A DNA stretch of 62,776 nt, filler included, from Stramenopiles sp. TOSAG23-3 (lineage: Eukaryota), in NCBI GenBank assembly GCA_900128585.1. It is 8 parts of 8 records of this genome, joined end to end, with 100 filler letters (N's around TTAATTAATTAA, not from the genome) between each part and the next. Parts side by side here need not be neighbours in the genome. Positions count along the whole stretch, not along the records: positions 49,626 to 59,438 come from LT642879.1; positions 59,539 to 61,107 come from LT645680.1; positions 61,208 to 62,776 come from LT645681.1; 5 more parts are not named here. The stretch is one strand, 5' to 3'. The position numbers and the translations under genes were made by a program. Shown here one piece after another: positions 51,933 to 62,399 of this stretch (the stretch's first letter is position 1; each line of letters begins with the position of its first letter). The notes beneath the pieces were generated by a model. That model searched no databases, had not been told where the DNA came from, and saw only the letters and a list, made by a program, of their open reading frames with translations.

Positions 51933-52619
51933 TTATTCAACAGGCTTATCAAACGCAGCGACGACATACTTAATGTTGATAAAGGCATCAGGCCCTCCTT
52001 GCCTTTCTAAGATATACAACGTTTGCACGACCAGATCTCCCAGGGTTATTTTTTCATCCGATGCCCCTCGTACTGTTCTTTTGCTTGTAAAGAAAAAGTT
52101 ACAAACTGGCAAGAGCTGAGAAAAATGCTGTACAAGGGCTTCGCCAACAAAGTTATCTTTGCACAATGCAAGTTTTTGCAAAACAACAAGTGCCCGACTA
52201 ATTATTTCTGGATTGCGCGTTTTGAAGGCACCCTTTAAGCGTAAGACACAATCGGCGATGCACGCCAAGATTCGTCTACCCCCATGGACCACAAGCGCTT
52301 TAGCCCCTTCGTACGCAATAAACTTGAAGGGCTCAGCTTGCTCCTTCAAACCATCTAGAAACACCGGCAAATAGTACGAAATGTCAAGGTGTTTAACTGG
52401 TACAAGGAATTCTATGCGTCTCCTTACACCTTGATCAATTTTAACGGGAAGGTCTCCACGATCGTAAAAAACCCTAAAAGTGGACACAGAGGTACGAGTA
52501 TTTGAGCCAAAAATATCTTTTTTCACGGCTTTTCCTGCCTTCCTTTGCTTGCGAGGTTTTCTTTGGCCATTTATAACCAGGGGCTGTAGTCCAGAGCGCG
52601 TTGGATTATTGGCAGACAT
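51933..52619 (-). CDS. PACRG: PACRG-family axonemal protein (ParcG domain)
   Basis: FRVFYDRGDLPV, LD...YLPVFLDGLKE, GEALV, QLLPV and LER.GGPDAFINIKYV. Confidence 0.88.
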   Translation of the reverse strand: MSANNPTRSGLQPLVINGQRKPRKQRKAGKAVKKDIFGSNTRTSVSTFRVFYDRGDLPVKIDQGVRRRIEFLVPVKHLDISYYLPVFLDGLKEQAEPFKFIAYEGAKALVVHGGRRILACIADCVLRLKGAFKTRNPEIISRALVVLQKLALCKDNFVGEALVQHFSQLLPVCNFFFTSKRTVRGASDEKITLGDLVVQTLYILERQGGPDAFINIKYVVAAFDKPVE

Positions 52620-53748
52620 TTGAATAGTAAACGATTGGATATGAAGAGAATTCGTTTCAGGAAGTGTTCAGCAACACGAAACAGTACGTCACTTCAGTTC
52701 TTCTGCAGACAACTATAATGATTTTAACCTTTTGATGTTGCATTATAGTACGTAGTGATAACGATATCGCATACAGTCAAAATTGTAAAATAATTCATTT
52801 CCTGATAAAAGTATATAAAAAAATAACGGTTGTTGTTTTTTGTTGTTTCTCTATTATTATTTTTTTATTCTAATTCAACTGTCTGTATGTTGTTGTTATA
52901 ATTCCAATAATAAGTATAAATAAAAAAAAATAGTTTTTTTTTGTTGCGACGACAAATCACAAACACAACACACGACGACGACTCTCATTTAACCAATATA
53001 TTTGTTCTAGTTGATTATTTTTTGAATCTAATCTTCTTCATAAAAAGGTTCACATATTTTCATAGTTTTTTTACCGTTCATCTCATCGGTTTTACCTCCT
53101 AATACGAAGAAATTATCCATATTTTATATGAAACACTGTATCATCGTAGATAGATTATGATATTCTGTAGCCGCCACATTGAAATATCAAACGAACGTTG
53201 CACGGTTTTACCGGATTAAAAATACAGGTAAACAGTGAACAAAAGGATCGATCGCCCTAAGTGTGGACCGGTTTGTACACATATTTTATCTTTGTATTAG
53301 TTCGTTACAACTTGTATATAATTTGGATTATTAATGGTACTATTTGCCTGTATTATTAAACGTTTAATTTTTCTTTTTCTTAGAGCTTTTGTACATTGGT
53401 TAATTCAATGCTATTTATATGTACGGTGTGAATGGTGGTGGTGGTTAGTATACTTTACGTATTTAATAGTATGGAATTCCCTCATAGTACTATGTACACT
53501 AGTAATTAATTAGAGTTTTTAATTGTGAGTAGTTGTTTGTTTATTAGTTTAACATACCAATAATCCTTTCTTCACACTTTTACTTCGTGTGAGTGAGTGT
53601 GTTGCATTTTTATTGTAAACGGCGTTTCGCGTTCAGCTTCGGAGCAAACAATTTAAAGTCTTACATTTCGAAGAGCAAAGAAGAGCGCCTCTAGTGAAAC
53701 AAAAATTGAAGTTCGACAGCAACAGAGTAAGTCGCCGAACAGCAATAA

Positions 53749-55995
53749 ATGGCCACAAACAAGGTTGCCCCAATGGGCGCCGAGGAGGAACTTAATCCTG
53801 TCACGAGGACCGAAACTGTCATGGACGCGCTGAACAGCGAAGGGGGCAAGAGTACCAAAAAATCAAAGTGTTCGCCCACAGAAATGATTGACCCAGACCA
53901 CCAGTGGCGTCTGCGATGGGATGCACTGCTTATGTTGTTCATCGTGTACAATGCAATTCTAGTACCAATGACCGTTGCTTTCGGAACGAAAGGGTTCTCC
54001 GCTTTGTCATACGTCGACAACGTAGCCGACTCCGCGTTTATTATCGATCTCTTTTTGTCTTTTAGGACAGGCTTCTACGTACGAGATGGCGCAGACAAAG
54101 TGCTTGTGCTCGACCAAACACAAGTAGCAGTTCGCTACCTGCGTGGGTGGTTTGTTATTGACGTGGCTGCCATCGGGATCCCTTACGGCCTCATAGACGC
54201 GTTGGAAGGAGTGGACAAAACGACGCAGTACATCTTGTCCTTGTTGGCCCTTTTGAAGCTTCTGCGTCTGGCACGTTTAGGGCGTATCCTGTCAAAATTA
54301 ATCCATTTGTCAATGGAGTACCAAAATGTGGCAAGAATTTCCAAGTTAGTGATTACATTCGTTTACGTTGCTCACTTATTCGGTTGCCTGTTTTATTTCG
54401 TCGGCGCAGCCAACGATTGCGCGGAAGTGAACCTTGCAGCGGCAAAAGCCAAGAATATTACCCTTGATCCAAGCGGACCTGAATTGAACTGCGAATGGAC
54501 CGGCGCCAACGGGATGAAAGACGTAGACATCGGGACCCAGTACATCACCTCTTTGTACTGGGGGATGATGACGGTCACCACCGTCGGTTACGGAGACATC
54601 AGCATCATGAGCTCCTCTGAAAAGGCTTATGCAACGTTTGTGATGATCGTAGCAAACGTGATGGGAGCCGTGATTTTTGGAAACGTTACGACGCTAATCC
54701 AGAATTTAAGTGCGGCGGAAAATCGCCACTCTTCGAGAACAGAAATGATTGAAGAATTGATCGAAACCCATAAAATTGAAGAATCGCTGGCCGAGCGGAT
54801 GCGAGCTACAGTAGAGTATCAATGGGAGTTAACGAAGTGTTTTGACATGGATCTGGTCCTGTCGTACATGCCCCAATCCCTGCGCGTCGAAGTGCTTATG
54901 TATGTTCATAAGCAGTTGATAATGAAAGTTCCGTTTTTTCAAGACTGCGATGATGCGTTTATTAAGACGGTCGTTTACCGGTTGAAAAGCGAGATTGCCT
55001 TAGAGGGCGATACCCTTTTTGAACAAGGAGACGCGGCCAATGAAATGTATTTCTTACGCCGAGGGCAAGTTGCCGTCGTCGCGCCGAACTCGGAGGAAAT
55101 CCTGGTTAAACTGAGCGATGGGTCTTACTTTGGCGAAATAGGGGTATTGGTTGAGTCGGGAAAGCGAATGTTTTCGATCAAAGCGCTTAAAAAGTGCGAA
55201 TATTACATGCTGACAAAAGCCGATCTTGACTGGGTAACAAATAAATTCCCTGAGTATCGAGAAGTCCTAAGGCTGGCAGCAGTTAAGCGTTTAGAAACAA
55301 GCAACAAGGCGATAAAGAACTCTCATGCTAGCAAAGTTTCCCACGGTCGTATCCTTATCGAGGTGCGTAACGTCACCGGAGCTGGCCCCGGGGTTGACAA
55401 GTTTTGCAAAGTGATTATTAAAGATCACGAACAACGCTCACCAGTTTTGGGCGCAAATAGTGCAGCCGAAAATTTTGACCTAAATTCCATCTTTAATTTT
55501 CATTTTGAAATGAAAGCACCTGAAAAAGTCGAAGATTTGCACGTAAAAGTCCACTTAATGCACAATAGAACTCTCTTGGGGGAACACCTTGTTGGCGGAG
55601 GTGAAATTCCCTTCGCTGGTATTAAGCGAGGAGAGTACAACGATCGGTGGCTAACAATAGGTAAAGGTCATGGCGGGAAAGAAATTAAGATGTACTTGAG
55701 AGTTCTAGTTCACGAGGATGGTTTGGCAGACCCAACCAACAGCCCCAACGGCGTTCTGTCTACGTTGGCCTCCAAAGATGCAGAGGATTATGATGACTTT
55801 GACTTGCCCGGTAGCAAGAAAGAAGAAACCAAAAGCAGCCCTGCGGCAACGTTAGAATCGAAAACTAACACCGTCCAGGGGTCGAACCTGGAAAGTAGAA
55901 TTGTGGCTTTAGAAACTAACATACAGGGTTTGACCGCGGTGATAAATTCGATTGCAGACAGCGTCACAAGAATTGAACAAAATTTAGAAAAATAA
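53749..55995 (+). CDS. Six-TM K+ channel of the CNBD (KCNH/HCN/plant Shaker-like) family with C-terminal C2 domain
   Basis: S4 LLKLLRLARLGR, filter TTVGYGD, C-linker and CNBD (EMYFLRRGQV...GSYFGE...R), followed by a C2-like beta sandwich and a short coiled coil. Confidence 0.92.
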   Translation: MATNKVAPMGAEEELNPVTRTETVMDALNSEGGKSTKKSKCSPTEMIDPDHQWRLRWDALLMLFIVYNAILVPMTVAFGTKGFSALSYVDNVADSAFIIDLFLSFRTGFYVRDGADKVLVLDQTQVAVRYLRGWFVIDVAAIGIPYGLIDALEGVDKTTQYILSLLALLKLLRLARLGRILSKLIHLSMEYQNVARISKLVITFVYVAHLFGCLFYFVGAANDCAEVNLAAAKAKNITLDPSGPELNCEWTGANGMKDVDIGTQYITSLYWGMMTVTTVGYGDISIMSSSEKAYATFVMIVANVMGAVIFGNVTTLIQNLSAAENRHSSRTEMIEELIETHKIEESLAERMRATVEYQWELTKCFDMDLVLSYMPQSLRVEVLMYVHKQLIMKVPFFQDCDDAFIKTVVYRLKSEIALEGDTLFEQGDAANEMYFLRRGQVAVVAPNSEEILVKLSDGSYFGEIGVLVESGKRMFSIKALKKCEYYMLTKADLDWVTNKFPEYREVLRLAAVKRLETSNKAIKNSHASKVSHGRILIEVRNVTGAGPGVDKFCKVIIKDHEQRSPVLGANSAAENFDLNSIFNFHFEMKAPEKVEDLHVKVHLMHNRTLLGEHLVGGGEIPFAGIKRGEYNDRWLTIGKGHGGKEIKMYLRVLVHEDGLADPTNSPNGVLSTLASKDAEDYDDFDLPGSKKEETKSSPAATLESKTNTVQGSNLESRIVALETNIQGLTAVINSIADSVTRIEQNLEK

Positions 55996-56560
55996 GTATC
56001 ATAAAAGAAAAAATAGTCTGAAGTATAATTATGCCAGTAAATGGACATGAGTCACAGCATAGTATTAATATTATCATAGGTGCTATAATACGTAGACGAC
56101 TAACAGTTGAATATAAAATAGATCAGTTAAGATCGTTTGCTCCCTCCATCCCATCCTCCATTCGATGGAAGAAAAAACAATGAGCATGAGAGAGAGAAGC
56201 AGCAAGCAGCAGGAACAAAACGAATAAAATAATAATTTTTTATTGAATAATCATTTAAATATCATCAAGTTTATTTTATTATATTATTATTACTACACAT
56301 CATCAATCAATACATCTCAAACAAAAGAAAATATAAGATATAGGTAATGAATATAAAAAAAATGAAATAAAAAACGAAAAATGTGATTTTGTAATGCCAT
56401 ATGAAATGCATAGGGGATGGTTTATTCCGGGATTGTATAGTTTTAGCATTGTAATAAAGTAATTGACGTAAGGTTAATTCAATCAATCTCTCTGTTTTTG
56501 GTCGTTTTCGTTGTAACAGAGACGGTAGATAGAGGCGATTTACTTTGTTGCAGTAGACCC

Positions 56561-57934
56561 ATGAGTTTTAACAGTTCAAAGAAGCCAATGGCCGAGATAC
56601 CAATAACGCCGCTTTGGGACCAAACATTTGAAAAGGCACGGTGGGAGTCCGAGTTTGCTCTTCGTGCTGGAGATGTGCGATGGCTGCAAAACGAGTTGAG
56701 AATGACACAAAACAAACTCAACGATGCGTACACTGCTGCGAGGCAAGCCGCGACTGGTGCACGCCATTCGCAGACACTCAAACTCGCTTTAGACAGCAGC
56801 ACGAACAAACTGCAACATGTTCACCAGGAACTTTTTGTTGTGCAACAAAGTCTTTCCAAAGAAAGCCAAAAGGCGGAGACATTTAAACAAAAAGCCATAA
56901 AATTGGAAGAGGAGAACAACAAACTGAAGAAAGAACTTAAAGAAAAAGTTGACGCTGAAGAGTTTTGGGACGAAGGCATCAGGGACTGCGAGAGATACGT
57001 GGCTGTTTTGACCTCAAGGCTGGACGATGCCATCCAGGGAAAGGCAGAAAACAAAAAATGGGCATTTCAGCTAGCCGCTCAACTTGATTCAACCCACCAG
57101 CGCCTGGAATCTGCTCTACGTGAAATGCAAGAGCTGAGATCGGCACTTTCAGACGTAAACGAAGAAAAAAGTATCGCGCAGGATCAAGTTGTCCTATATT
57201 CAAAAGATGTGGTGGCACTGAAGCAGAAGTACGAAACAGACGTAAAACAACTTCACCACGAAAAGGAAATCATGCAGCAGAGAATTATTTCTACGGAGAT
57301 GAGCTTCACATCTACCAAAGCCCAGTTGCTCAGCGAGCAAAAAGATCGTCAAAATATTGAGGCTAATTTGAAAGATACTGCATTGGATTTGCAAGGGACA
57401 CGAGCAGATTGGGCTACAGCTCGCACTTCTGAGAGGAAATTGCAAGAAAGGTTACAGGAAGCCGAAAAGGGCTCTAGAGAGTACGCGAACCGAATAGCTC
57501 ATTTAATATCTGAGTTTGAAGAATCAAAACAGAAACACAAAGCTGCAGAGCTAGAGTTGCAGACGATTGCGCACGCGTTGAAAGAAACAAAGTTAGGGTA
57601 CGAACGTGTTAACAGAGAGAAAGATAAAATGGAATTACAAAATGAACGGTTGCAAATGGAGTTGATCGCCACTCGAAGCGCCCTAGGAGATTTAAGGGGG
57701 GACGTGGAGCAAAGCAACCGGGCAAGACGGAATCTCGTATCGTCTCTGACTCACAGCCAGGGGTATGATAATATTTCGAACATAGAGATGGACGATGATA
57801 GCAACGAAAAGCATTCTAGTGGCGTTGACCGCGGCGACATAGAATTTCTGCAGTCTCCCATCAAGTCTCGAATAAATGGTCTAGAGCATGCCACCGTTGA
57901 TTATGCCGTCCACCGGCTCTCGAAAAAATACTGA
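56561..57934 (+). CDS. Coiled-coil hypothetical protein
   Basis: Long heptad-rich ORF; first ATG at 56561. Confidence 0.75.
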   Translation: MSFNSSKKPMAEIPITPLWDQTFEKARWESEFALRAGDVRWLQNELRMTQNKLNDAYTAARQAATGARHSQTLKLALDSSTNKLQHVHQELFVVQQSLSKESQKAETFKQKAIKLEEENNKLKKELKEKVDAEEFWDEGIRDCERYVAVLTSRLDDAIQGKAENKKWAFQLAAQLDSTHQRLESALREMQELRSALSDVNEEKSIAQDQVVLYSKDVVALKQKYETDVKQLHHEKEIMQQRIISTEMSFTSTKAQLLSEQKDRQNIEANLKDTALDLQGTRADWATARTSERKLQERLQEAEKGSREYANRIAHLISEFEESKQKHKAAELELQTIAHALKETKLGYERVNREKDKMELQNERLQMELIATRSALGDLRGDVEQSNRARRNLVSSLTHSQGYDNISNIEMDDDSNEKHSSGVDRGDIEFLQSPIKSRINGLEHATVDYAVHRLSKKY

Positions 57935-58139
57935 AAATTGTTCAAGCCGCAGGAAGAAACAGCAGGTTTCAGTAAAAAAATATTTATAAAAAAAACCAAA
58001 CAATGCGTAAAATACGTTTTGATTTTATAAAAGATAAGTGAAAAAAAGAAAACTAACCACCGTGTTGGGGGAAACTTAAAATCCTGGGATATTCTTTAAT
58101 CTAGAATTACTCAGTTTTTTTACGCGCGGTCACTCATAG

Positions 58140-58847
58140 TCATTGAAAATCATACATGTCTGTTTCGTCGAGGTCTTCCATTACAAAATCGTTTGTAGTC
58201 GATGCACCAATCATATTATTTTCGGGATGCGTACTTTTCTTGAAAAATCCATTGGAACTAACTGGTTGCTTAAAACTACTTTTTGAAATGTTAGACTTGT
58301 CAACGAGGAGCGTTTCTTCTACTACGTCAAAGGATTCCAAGCCTAGATCATCGGTTGCAAACTCATACGTCCCCCCGCCAGCACTCTTGTGCCTGTTGAT
58401 GCGAGGCGCTGCTGTCGGCTCAGATTCCTCGACATCCGCAATATTGCTTTGAGGAAGTGGAGGCGGTACGTGTTTACTCGTAAGAAATGGTGCGGTTTTT
58501 TCAACTTTCGTTGCCTTTCGATCTGTAGGAACCTTTTCAATGCTGAAGTTTTTAGATGTAGCTGAGTCTTTTTCTCCTTTGCCTTTTTTGTAGTAGTGTT
58601 GTCCCAACACCTCGAGGTATGAATTTAGCGGCTTCTTGCTAGATTTATTCTGTTTGTACAATTTCTTCCCGCCCGAACCTAAAGCTTCAGCAATATGACT
58701 TGATTTCCGAAAAGAGTTATCCTGTCGCGGGCAATCCGCATCAAACGCAGAGAGAACACCTTTTAAGCCGCGCTTCTTTAAATGTTCACGTATCATACCG
58801 TGAACAATACGTTCCACCTCCGGCCCAGAGATCTTTTTTTTCCCCAT
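58140..58847 (-). CDS. Protein consisting of a MINDY4/FAM188B N-terminal (LisH-like) domain plus disordered tail
   Basis: MIREHLKKRGLK.VL..FD...PR...LYKQNKSSKKPLNSYLEVL parallels the MINDY4 N-terminus as recalled. No catalytic domain before the stop. Confidence 0.65.
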   Translation of the reverse strand: MGKKKISGPEVERIVHGMIREHLKKRGLKGVLSAFDADCPRQDNSFRKSSHIAEALGSGGKKLYKQNKSSKKPLNSYLEVLGQHYYKKGKGEKDSATSKNFSIEKVPTDRKATKVEKTAPFLTSKHVPPPLPQSNIADVEESEPTAAPRINRHKSAGGGTYEFATDDLGLESFDVVEETLLVDKSNISKSSFKQPVSSNGFFKKSTHPENNMIGASTTNDFVMEDLDETDMYDFQ

Positions 58848-59438
58848 TGCACCGTCTGCTTGTTCCAAATTTGAAACCTACTGTCACGTGGAAATATTTG
58901 TCTAACCTAATCCAATACAAACAATATTTTGTGTTAAATTGATGTTTGTCTCTAAATCTATAGCATTGAACGCATATAAAACTTCACACAATTATGCACG
59001 TGTGAATTGAAGTGATAATTGACTTGAATTCAGGTATCACAAGATAAGTAATAAGAATTCAACCGAACCCCTTCCCGCCGGGGTAGGTAGTAGTGTGTTG
59101 ATGTTATTATTATATTTATAATAACCGATGAGAGAAGAGACGGTGTCATGATGTTTTATTCTTGTTATTACCTGCTGTGCTGACGGTATTAATATTAAAT
59201 ACAATAATAATATTTTTTAATTCTTTTATTATATAATAACGACCGTTTGATGTTGTAAATAAGGGTTTTATTTTAAAAAAAACAAGAAAGAAAGAATAAA
59301 ACCAATTCAAAATCAACAATCCTTAAATAATAAATAGGTGCCGTACTATAATAAGAAATATTAATTATTATTACAATAAAGAGTTTTGCTGCATATTAAA
59401 TAGTTCTAATATAATATTATAAGGAATCATATGTTATT

Positions 59439-59538
59439 NNNNNNNNNNNNNNNNNNNNNNNNNNNNNNNNNNNNNNNNNNNNTTAATTAATTAANNNNNN
59501 NNNNNNNNNNNNNNNNNNNNNNNNNNNNNNNNNNNNNN
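59439..59538. other. Artificial contig linker
   Basis: N44-TTAATTAATTAA-N44. Confidence 0.99.
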
Positions 59539-61004
59539 CCTGAATCGCGGTCACCTCCGAACCGACTTCCCCGGTCGCCTCCACCGTAACCTGAATCACG
59601 GCCTCCTCCAAAACGGCCTCCGCGATCGCCTCCCCTATCGCCATAACGACTACTTCCCCTTCCTGAATCGCGATCATCTCCGTAGCGGCTTCCCCTGTCC
59701 CCGCCAAAGCCTGAACTAGGTGCGTCGCCACGACCGTACCGATCCCCACGATCTCCTCGACCACCTCGATCTCCTCCGTCGCGAGAACGGTCTCCGTAGT
59801 TGTCGTTCGAACGACCGCCAAAGCGGCTTTGTGAGCTACCGCCTTGGCCTTCACCTCGGCCTTGGCCTTCTGAGCGTCTGCCCTCGTTCCCGTACGACCG
59901 TTTTTGCCACCTTCCGCCGTCTTCTTCGTTTTGCTTTGCCTCCTCCTCGGCTTTTTCTGCGGCCTCGCGTTCTTGCTCTTTGCGCAGCGTTTCTTCTTGC
60001 AACAATTTCGCTTCAAGGGCGCGCTTTTTTGCCCTTTCCAGCTTCGCGCGCCTCTTCTTGAGTTGGGCAAACAGGGTTGCCTTTTCAAGGTCCGCGTCGA
60101 GCCGTTCTTGCCGCCTCCCATACAAATGGTTGACGTAGGCTTCCCCGTGGGCATCTGCGGCGGTCAACTTCTTCCGGCTGGCGTTGTCCTTTTCCCAAGT
60201 TGCCTTGTGTTGACTACGGCGCTGGGAGTCTCGGTCGAGAAAGTAGGATTTCTCGGCATCTTTCATTTCAGCGACCCTGCTCAAAAGTTTTGGGCGCTCC
60301 TCGTCTCGCAAGGCGCGGCACAAATAATCAACCTTCCTGCTCTGTTCGCGCATCTTGGAGGCTTGCTTCCGGTGCTCTTTGATCGCCGTCTCTTGGCGGA
60401 TCTTGAGCAGCTCCTCGCCAGTCATGTTCTGCAGCTTTTGGTCGGAAATGTTGATGCCAGCTTCTTTTGCAGCGGCTCTCTTCATCTTCATGTCCTCTCG
60501 AAGCTTCAGCCGTTCTGCCAGTTCCTTCTCGCGCCGGTTCCGCTCCGCTTCTAAGCGCAGCTTCTCGTTCTCGCGGCGTTCGATCTCTTCGCGCTTGCGC
60601 TTGTCCTCCGCCTGCTTCGCTTCTTCCAGCTGGCGCTTTTCTTGAAGCTGCTTCATTGCTTCGATCTCGCCCTTTCTCAAAATGGTGTTCTTGTTTTCCT
60701 GTTCGCGAGAGCCAAAAATTGCCTTGGTGAAGCTGCTCTTTGCCCCGCTGTCGGTGGTATCGGATCCTTGCAAGCGCCGGGCCACGCGCGTCAAATTTCG
60801 AGAGAGTAGGACCAGCTGGGACCTCATGCGGGTTGTCTCCATCGTGTCGCTATCAAACCTAAGGCATTTGTTCTGGTGGTCGAACCGGACAGACAAATGG
60901 CGCGCGCGCACCGCCTGGATCAAAATTTTCTCAACCTGGTGAAATTCTAGCCCGACACCGGTGATGCTCTTCTTAAATTTCTCAATGGACATACTTTTGT
61001 AGAT
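59539..61004 (-). CDS. EIF3A: Translation initiation factor 3 subunit A, C-terminal exon (partial at both ends)
   Basis: End of the PCI domain (IYKSMSI...EK.LI.AV....L.VR.DH....LRF), MRSQL, KVDYLCRALR.EE.P.L and a G/D/R-rich repeat tail. Confidence 0.88.
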
Positions 61005-61107
61005 CTGAAAAGGGTGAAAGAAAAAAAGCGGGGTGTTAGTATCGAGATACGCCAAACAGCAAAGCAGAAGTTTCTTGAAATGTATTTATCTCCCCTGCTT
61101 CACGGAA
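61005..61107 (-). other. Spliceosomal intron 3' part with TACTAAC branch point
   Basis: Minus strand reads TACTAAC (61041-61035), a pyrimidine tract, then TTTCAG|ATC, exactly where eIF3a similarity begins. Confidence 0.8.
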
Positions 61108-61207
61108 NNNNNNNNNNNNNNNNNNNNNNNNNNNNNNNNNNNNNNNNNNNNTTAATTAATTAANNNNNNNNNNNNNNNNNNNNNNNNNNNNNNNNNNNNN
61201 NNNNNNN
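61108..61207. other. Artificial contig linker
   Basis: N44-TTAATTAATTAA-N44. Confidence 0.99.
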
Positions 61208-61306
61208 CAGGCACTTGGAATCAGCAGCGACGTGAAACATCACCATTTCAACAGTCCGAAGAAGAGCGGCAGTAGGAAAACCCCCGGTTCCGTTGGGTTT
61301 GCTTGA
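61208..61306 (+). CDS. Probable 3' end of an unidentified gene
   Basis: GC-rich open frame QALGISSDVK...GSVGFA*, followed by AT-rich DNA and the 3'-end element. Confidence 0.35.
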   Translation, partial: QALGISSDVKHHHFNSPKKSGSRKTPGSVGFA

Positions 61307-61335
61307 AAGATGAAAATGGTTAAAAAAGGTATCAG

Positions 61336-61700
61336 AAACAAAAAATTGGCTGCTATTTAGTTCAAACTAATTAAAAACGTTTAGATTGGGTACCGTTAAA
61401 TAATTGAAATACTGGGTTAAAAAAACATATTTTTTATCTTATATAGTATACTACTCTTTAAGACTCTCATTAATTTATATTTAAAAATCAATTACGATTT
61501 CTGTTCCAAACCTAAACCTAGCTTGTTTTTATTTCTCTTTCGAAATGAAGTCCCCCCTCCCCCTCTTTGTAAAGGTGATCTGTATACAAAAAATCGATTC
61601 TTCTCCCAGTCAAAGTTCCTGAAAGTTTCATCCTTCTTGGAGACTCTTGCGAGTAGATCACTTCTTCGCCGAACCCACCAGAGTCACTTGGAGAATCAAT
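61336..61700. repeat. Dispersed element modules with coding remnant
   Basis: Core motif at 61336-61360, TTTAAGACTCTC module at ~61460, and 61570-61680 homologous to 43909-44020. Confidence 0.8.
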
Positions 61701-62399
61701 CTCCCCTTTATTACCAAAACTCAAACAACTCCAGCAGGGGAATCACTCGTTTAGACTCATCAGAGTTGCCTGTAGAATCCGTTTCCACAATTGGTTTGAT
61801 CTGGGTTAAATACTTCACTTATTTCACGCAACGGCAATCGAACTGCAGTATATCTTTAGTACAACAGAAAACGAGCGCAAACATTATTTTTAAGGAGATT
61901 GTTGATTGATGAGAGAAATAATAAAATTGATGATGACGAGGCATCCTAAACAACAGTATCATACCATGAGAACCATTATTCCTCTGAATCAACCCTGGTC
62001 TCTTTTATATTAAGGATTTGTTTATGTAATGATTTAGATAATCCCTTCAGGAATAAATAAATCCTAATTTAATTTATAGTTCAAACCATTTTAGTTTAAA
62101 ATTTAAACCCAAACTTATTTATTCCCTATAAACTACTAATATCCTTAATGAAAAAGAAGAAGAAGAAAGAAATAATAATGACGACGACGACGACCCTACG
62201 CGGCGTGGCGCGTGGCGGCGGCCGGAAAGATACGCTCTACTTTTATTTTTAAACTTCGTATCTGCGTATAATTATAAATCATGTTAGAATCAAAAAGAAC
62301 CATTTCAATGAATAGAAATTACGGGATTGAAACTTTATATTGAAAACGAGATTTAATTATTGCACATACGATTTGAGAAGAAATATTCAACCAGAAATC

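Noticed and set aside
61005-61055. N-terminus MAYLDTNTPLFFFHPFQ of the eIF3a ORF
   Set aside because: It is the intron branch point and pyrimidine tract read in frame.
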